Position numbers and translations under genes: made by a program
Shown: piece after piece, positions 60,018 to 64,000 of the stretch
Numbering within the stretch: the first letter of the stretch is position 1
Layout of the letters: each line of letters opens with the position of its first letter
The notes under the pieces: generated by a model
Told to the model about the DNA's origin: nothing
Seen by the model: the letters and a program-made list of their open reading frames with translations, nothing else
The model's database searches: none
Assembly (NCBI GenBank): GCA_963823555.1
Contig: CAWGMA010000001.1
Coordinates: forward strand, 1,408,001 to 1,472,000
DNA: 64,000 nt
Reading direction: 5' to 3'
DNA from: Candidatus Eiseniibacteriota bacterium
GTDB taxonomy: Bacteria > Eisenbacteria > RBG-16-71-46 > CAVPCR01

Positions 60018-62140
60018 CATGGGTTTCCATCTCCCACCCCCATGGCCGCCAGCGCCGATCGAGCGCGAGGATCGCCCGGCGACACTTCCAGAGCCCGGGA
60101 GAAGAAGCGGCGAGCCTCCTCCATGTTTCCCTGCCGAGCAGCCACGCGACCGCGGGCCAGGAGGAGTTCGAGATGGTCGGTGGCGCCGTGCTCGGCGGCG
60201 GACTCGAGGTGGCTTGCCGCGGCGTCCCAGTTCCCATCCATCTCGGCCAGGAGACCGAGGTTGAGATGGGCTGCGGCATCCTCGGGATCCAGCTCGAGGA
60301 CGCGCTCGAAACCAGCTCGAGCGGAGTCGCGGCGTCCAGCCCGGGCTTCGATCAGGGCCTGGGTGAAGATGGGACGAGCCTCGGAGCGACGCCAGGCCCG
60401 AGCGATTTCAAGACTGTCGCCCTCCCCCTGAGCCAGCGCGAGAGCTCGCGCGATGCGCTCGTCCTGAGGAGAACGCTCCAGGGCGGCTGACAGGGCTGCC
60501 GCAGCGGCCTCCCGGTTGCCGAGCCCGAGCTCGGCCAGCCCGAGCCCGAGGAGCGTGCCGGCGGCCTCGGGGTCGAGTGCCAGGGCCCGGCGATACTCGG
60601 AAGCCGCCTCGGCATAGCGCCCCTCCCGATAGTAGGCGTTGGCCAGATTGTGGGCCGCCTCCGGGATCTCCCCGAGGTGGGCTGCCGTCTCGAGTTCGCG
60701 GCGAGCTCCGGCCTGATCGCCCTGCTCGGCCAGCACGGTGGAGAGAATGAAGTGGAACTGTGCCCGCCCGAAATCCGGGTGTCCGGGGAGGGCGACCAGC
60801 GCAACGAGGAGTCCCGTGGCGCCGCCGAGACGCAAGAGCCGAGCGAAGTCGCGCCTCTGGGCCGCGAGCCAAAGCTCTTCGACCGATGCTCCCACACCGA
60901 GGGCCAGGATCGGCCACATGAGGAGCCGATAGCGATCTGTGACGAAGAAGAGGGCGAGGACCGCCATGAGGAGGATCGTCGAGACCGCGAGCCATGGAGC
61001 GCCGTGCTGGCGCCGGACGCGAAGAAGGACGATCCCGAGCATTCCCAACGGTCCGATCCAGACGAATCGGATCGGCGTCAGCGCCAGGACCGGCGATCGC
61101 GCCGCAAAGTACTCCATCGGATAGTGGTTCGGCACCTCGTAATGATTGATGGCCAGAAGCAGCTTTCTGCCGAATGCCGACAACGCGGTTCCCGGGTTGG
61201 CTCGCACCCAGGCCCAGGTTCGTTCACCCCAGTAGGCCGATACCTCGTTGGGCCCCAGCGTCGAGTCGGCACTGGAGCGAACGGCGACCGCCCTGGCCGC
61301 TGGATAGAGGCCCGTCGCGCTGTTGACCAGCCCCGACCCGGGAGGTAGGTCGAACCCGCCATTGGCTCCTTCGTGATTGCCAATGTAGAAGTTGACGCCC
61401 GCCCCGGCGGAGAGGCCCACCCAGTGCCCGCTCGCCCGCCACTGGGCCAAACCGGCCACAAGGAAGACCAGAAGCGCACCCCCGATGAGCGCAAGCAGGC
61501 GGCGCCCGGGCGGTCGCGCGGCCCAGGCTGCCGGAAAGGCGCCGAGCACCAGCACCGCAGCTTGTGGTTGCCCGGCCGCAGCCGCCATGAACGAGGCGCC
61601 GGCAAGGAACAGCTCGCGCGCGCCACCCCCGGTGAGGGCCCGCGCCGCGGACCACACGCCAAGACCGACCAGGGCCAGAACCGCGCTGGCGGCCAGAAGC
61701 TCGCCATCGAAGAAGACGGCAACCGGTGAGGCCGCGATCACGAGGCCCGCGACAAGGCCTGCTCGTCGTCCCGAGAGGAGCTGAGCCGCCGCCGCCGTGG
61801 TGACCGCCGCGATGATCCCGAACCCCGCCTGCAACCAGCGCACCAGTTCGAGCGCCTCTCCCGCCGTGCCGAAGATCGCAGCCAGGAAGAGCGGATACAG
61901 GGGTGGCGTGAACGCATGAGCCGCATTCACCCCTCCGGCAAGGAAGGCGTGGGCCCGAGTCACGTACAGCTCACTGTCACCGGTTACCGCGCGGAACAGC
62001 GGATCGCTGCGGACACTGAGCAGGTGCGCCACGCGGAGAGCTGCCGCCAGAGCGGCCACGAGCACGAGGTCCGCAGCGCGAAGCTCGGTTTCGACCACCG
62101 TGGCGCGGGCGGTAGGGAGCGAGTTACGGGCGCGTGGCAT
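60017..62140 (-). CDS. GT-C fold (PMT/GT39-like) membrane glycosyltransferase with C-terminal TPRs
   Basis: GDS..Y..PPLYP.FLA, GVNFYIGN, FFVTDRYR, about 11 TMs, then TPR repeats (AHNLANAYY.EGRY.EA...YRRAL.LDP). Confidence 0.82.
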   Translation of the reverse strand: MPRARNSLPTARATVVETELRAADLVLVAALAAALRVAHLLSVRSDPLFRAVTGDSELYVTRAHAFLAGGVNAAHAFTPPLYPLFLAAIFGTAGEALELVRWLQAGFGIIAAVTTAAAAQLLSGRRAGLVAGLVIAASPVAVFFDGELLAASAVLALVGLGVWSAARALTGGGARELFLAGASFMAAAAGQPQAAVLVLGAFPAAWAARPPGRRLLALIGGALLVFLVAGLAQWRASGHWVGLSAGAGVNFYIGNHEGANGGFDLPPGSGLVNSATGLYPAARAVAVRSSADSTLGPNEVSAYWGERTWAWVRANPGTALSAFGRKLLLAINHYEVPNHYPMEYFAARSPVLALTPIRFVWIGPLGMLGIVLLRVRRQHGAPWLAVSTILLMAVLALFFVTDRYRLLMWPILALGVGASVEELWLAAQRRDFARLLRLGGATGLLVALVALPGHPDFGRAQFHFILSTVLAEQGDQAGARRELETAAHLGEIPEAAHNLANAYYREGRYAEAASEYRRALALDPEAAGTLLGLGLAELGLGNREAAAAALSAALERSPQDERIARALALAQGEGDSLEIARAWRRSEARPIFTQALIEARAGRRDSARAGFERVLELDPEDAAAHLNLGLLAEMDGNWDAAASHLESAAEHGATDHLELLLARGRVAARQGNMEEARRFFSRALEVSPGDPRARSALAAMGVGDGNP

Positions 62141-62612
62141 CACGGGCCCTGGCGGCGAGAAGACCAACGGCCAGGAGCAAGACAGCTCCGTTCACTGCGA
62201 CCGATCGGCGGTGAATGGCCGAGAACGCGGCCTGCCGCCCGGCCTCCTGCTCAGCGCTCAGACCGGGCTCATGCATGGCGGACCGTCGTTCGGCGGCCAC
62301 CGGGGCAATGAACTCACCGCCGTAGATCGTGAGCACGATCATGAGGGCCAGGATCACGGCCGCGAGCCGGCCGTTGCCGACCCCCGCCTCTTGCCGCTGG
62401 CGCGCCAGCCCGATCGCGCTCAGAGCCGCCAGCGCCCCACAGGCCACACCGAGCCGCGAATAGAGCGGGAAGATGGCGGCAACGCCGTCCCCGGCCATCT
62501 CGGGAGGCAGCGCGCGGAAGAGAGTCGGGGCCGCCACGAAGGAAAAGAAGACAAGACTCCCCAGCCAGATCGCGATGGCTGCCAGGTAGATGAACTCGAG
62601 CAGTGTGCGCAT
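62124..62612 (-). CDS. DUF4149/TMEM205-like membrane protein
   Basis: WLGS.VFFSFVAAP.LF..L...AG......FP.Y, F..IH..SV..N. Confidence 0.82.
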   Translation of the reverse strand: MRTLLEFIYLAAIAIWLGSLVFFSFVAAPTLFRALPPEMAGDGVAAIFPLYSRLGVACGALAALSAIGLARQRQEAGVGNGRLAAVILALMIVLTIYGGEFIAPVAAERRSAMHEPGLSAEQEAGRQAAFSAIHRRSVAVNGAVLLLAVGLLAARARDATRP

Positions 62613-62795
62613 GTCCTTGTCCGATCTCCTTCACTCGCCGCGGGCGAGGCTCCGGGGCCGTCGGGGCGCCCGCCATGCTACCCGATTTGCCCCCACGCGT
62701 GGCACTGCGTGACATGTTGGCGGATGGGCGCTAGTCTCGTGCTGCGGGGCGTCCGCTCCGGCACGCCCCCATTCCATCTCCACAGGGGGAAGGCC

Positions 62796-63898
62796 ATGCC
62801 ACGCGGGATTCTCCTCGGCCTCGCTCTGTTCGCCATCCTCCCGCTCACGACTCAGGCCGCAACCTACCGCGTGCCCGGCGACGTGCCGAGCATTCAGGCC
62901 GCCATCGACCTCTGCCAGTTCGGGGACTCCGTTGTCGTTGCTCCTGGCACGTATCTCGAGAACCTGGTCATGAAGAGCGGGATTGTCGTGCGGGGCGAAG
63001 CCGCTCCTGAAGCGGTAACCATCGACGGTCGCCTGCTGGGTCCGGTCGTTCTCTGCGATCGAGGTAGCAATTCAGCATGGAAGCACTGACCCTGACCCGG
63101 GGTTACATGAGCGCCTACCCCGGTGGCGCCGGCATCTCCATGAATCGGTCGCAGGGCACCATCACGCGCTGCATCCTGGTCGGCAACCAGGCGGGGCGGG
63201 ACGGGGGCGGAATCTCGATCGTCGATTCCTGGGCCACGCTTCGCGATTGCGCCTTCCGGAACAACAGCGCCGGTGCCTTCGACGGCGGCGGCATCTTCTG
63301 CTACCGCTCCGTTCTCGACGCCGAGGATTGCACGCTCGTCGACAATCTGGCTCAGGAGGGCGGCGGGATTGCGGTCGTCAACGTCTCGACGGCGACCATC
63401 CGGCGGTGCGTGTTGGTGCGGAACCAGGCTCTCGGACCCGGCCCCTCGGGTGGCGCGATCATCGTGGCCAGCTCCTCGGCGCAGATCGAGAACAACACCA
63501 TGGTCGGCAATCAGGTCCCTCCGGGGGGCGCGTCCGTCGCTCTCTACTCGGGATCCTCGCGTTCGAGCCGCAACATCATTGCCTTCAACACTCAAGGCGG
63601 AGGTGTTATGCGCGGCGACCTGGAGTCGGCGTTCTTCATGGCCTGCAACGACCTCTGGGGCAACGCCCCGCAGAACTACGTGGGGTGGCCGGACCAGACC
63701 AACGCCAACGGGAATATCGCCGCCGATCCGCTGTTCTGCGACCTCGTCAACCACGACTACCGCATCGCCGATGCCTCGCCGTGCGCCGCCAATCACAGTC
63801 CGGCGGGCTGCGAGCTGATCGGCGCGCTGGATGTCGGCTGCGGCCCGGTGACGCTCGAGCCAGCGACCTGGGGGCGGATCAAGAGCCGCTTCCGGTAG
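62796..63898 (+). CDS. secreted right-handed beta-helix protein (frameshift near 63070)
   Basis: Signal peptide, VPGD.PSIQAAID..V.V.PGTY.EN, N.A..GGG repeats, ADPLFC, SPC, C-terminal TWGRIKSRFR. Confidence 0.85.
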
Positions 63899-64000
63899 GG
63901 GCCAACTTCGGGCTCTCCCTCCCCCGAGATGCGAGCGATTCGAGTCGGTCCACCTCGAGGCTCGCGGCTCCGTGCTGCTCGCTCACCACACCCTCGACGC

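Overview
High-GC bacterial chromosome segment. It is diderm (TamAB, TolC, OmpA). T9SS/FlgD-like and 'TWGRIK' C-termini suggest an FCB-group candidate phylum such as Eisenbacteria, but this is inference only. Most of it is housekeeping on the minus strand: miaA-mutL; a translationally coupled operon of SpoIVB-like peptidase, beta-propeller, PAS-HisKA and GAF-degenerate GGDEF; an aeRF1-like (baeRF) gene; a Cas4/AddB-like nuclease divergent from a NYN protein; the run serA-M16-M16-S2P-scpA-scpB-rluB-hisC-aroA-cmk/plsC-rpsA-SPOR-mutS; tRNA-Ala and tRNA-Leu; a TetR-TolC-HlyD-ABC efflux operon; pepA-tamA-tamB, a small membrane protein and ompA; several peptidases; a two-component system; rpsU; a GT-C/TPR gene; and a beta-helix protein. 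No CRISPR array, integrase or transposase was seen. Seven genes, including rpsA, carry single-base frameshifts that are probably sequencing indels. The best novelty candidate is a ~200-nt structured minus-strand element (55792-55990). It has 15 nt of complementarity to the canonical 16S rRNA 3' end in front of a 14-codon ORF, followed by stacked hairpins and a terminator-like end.
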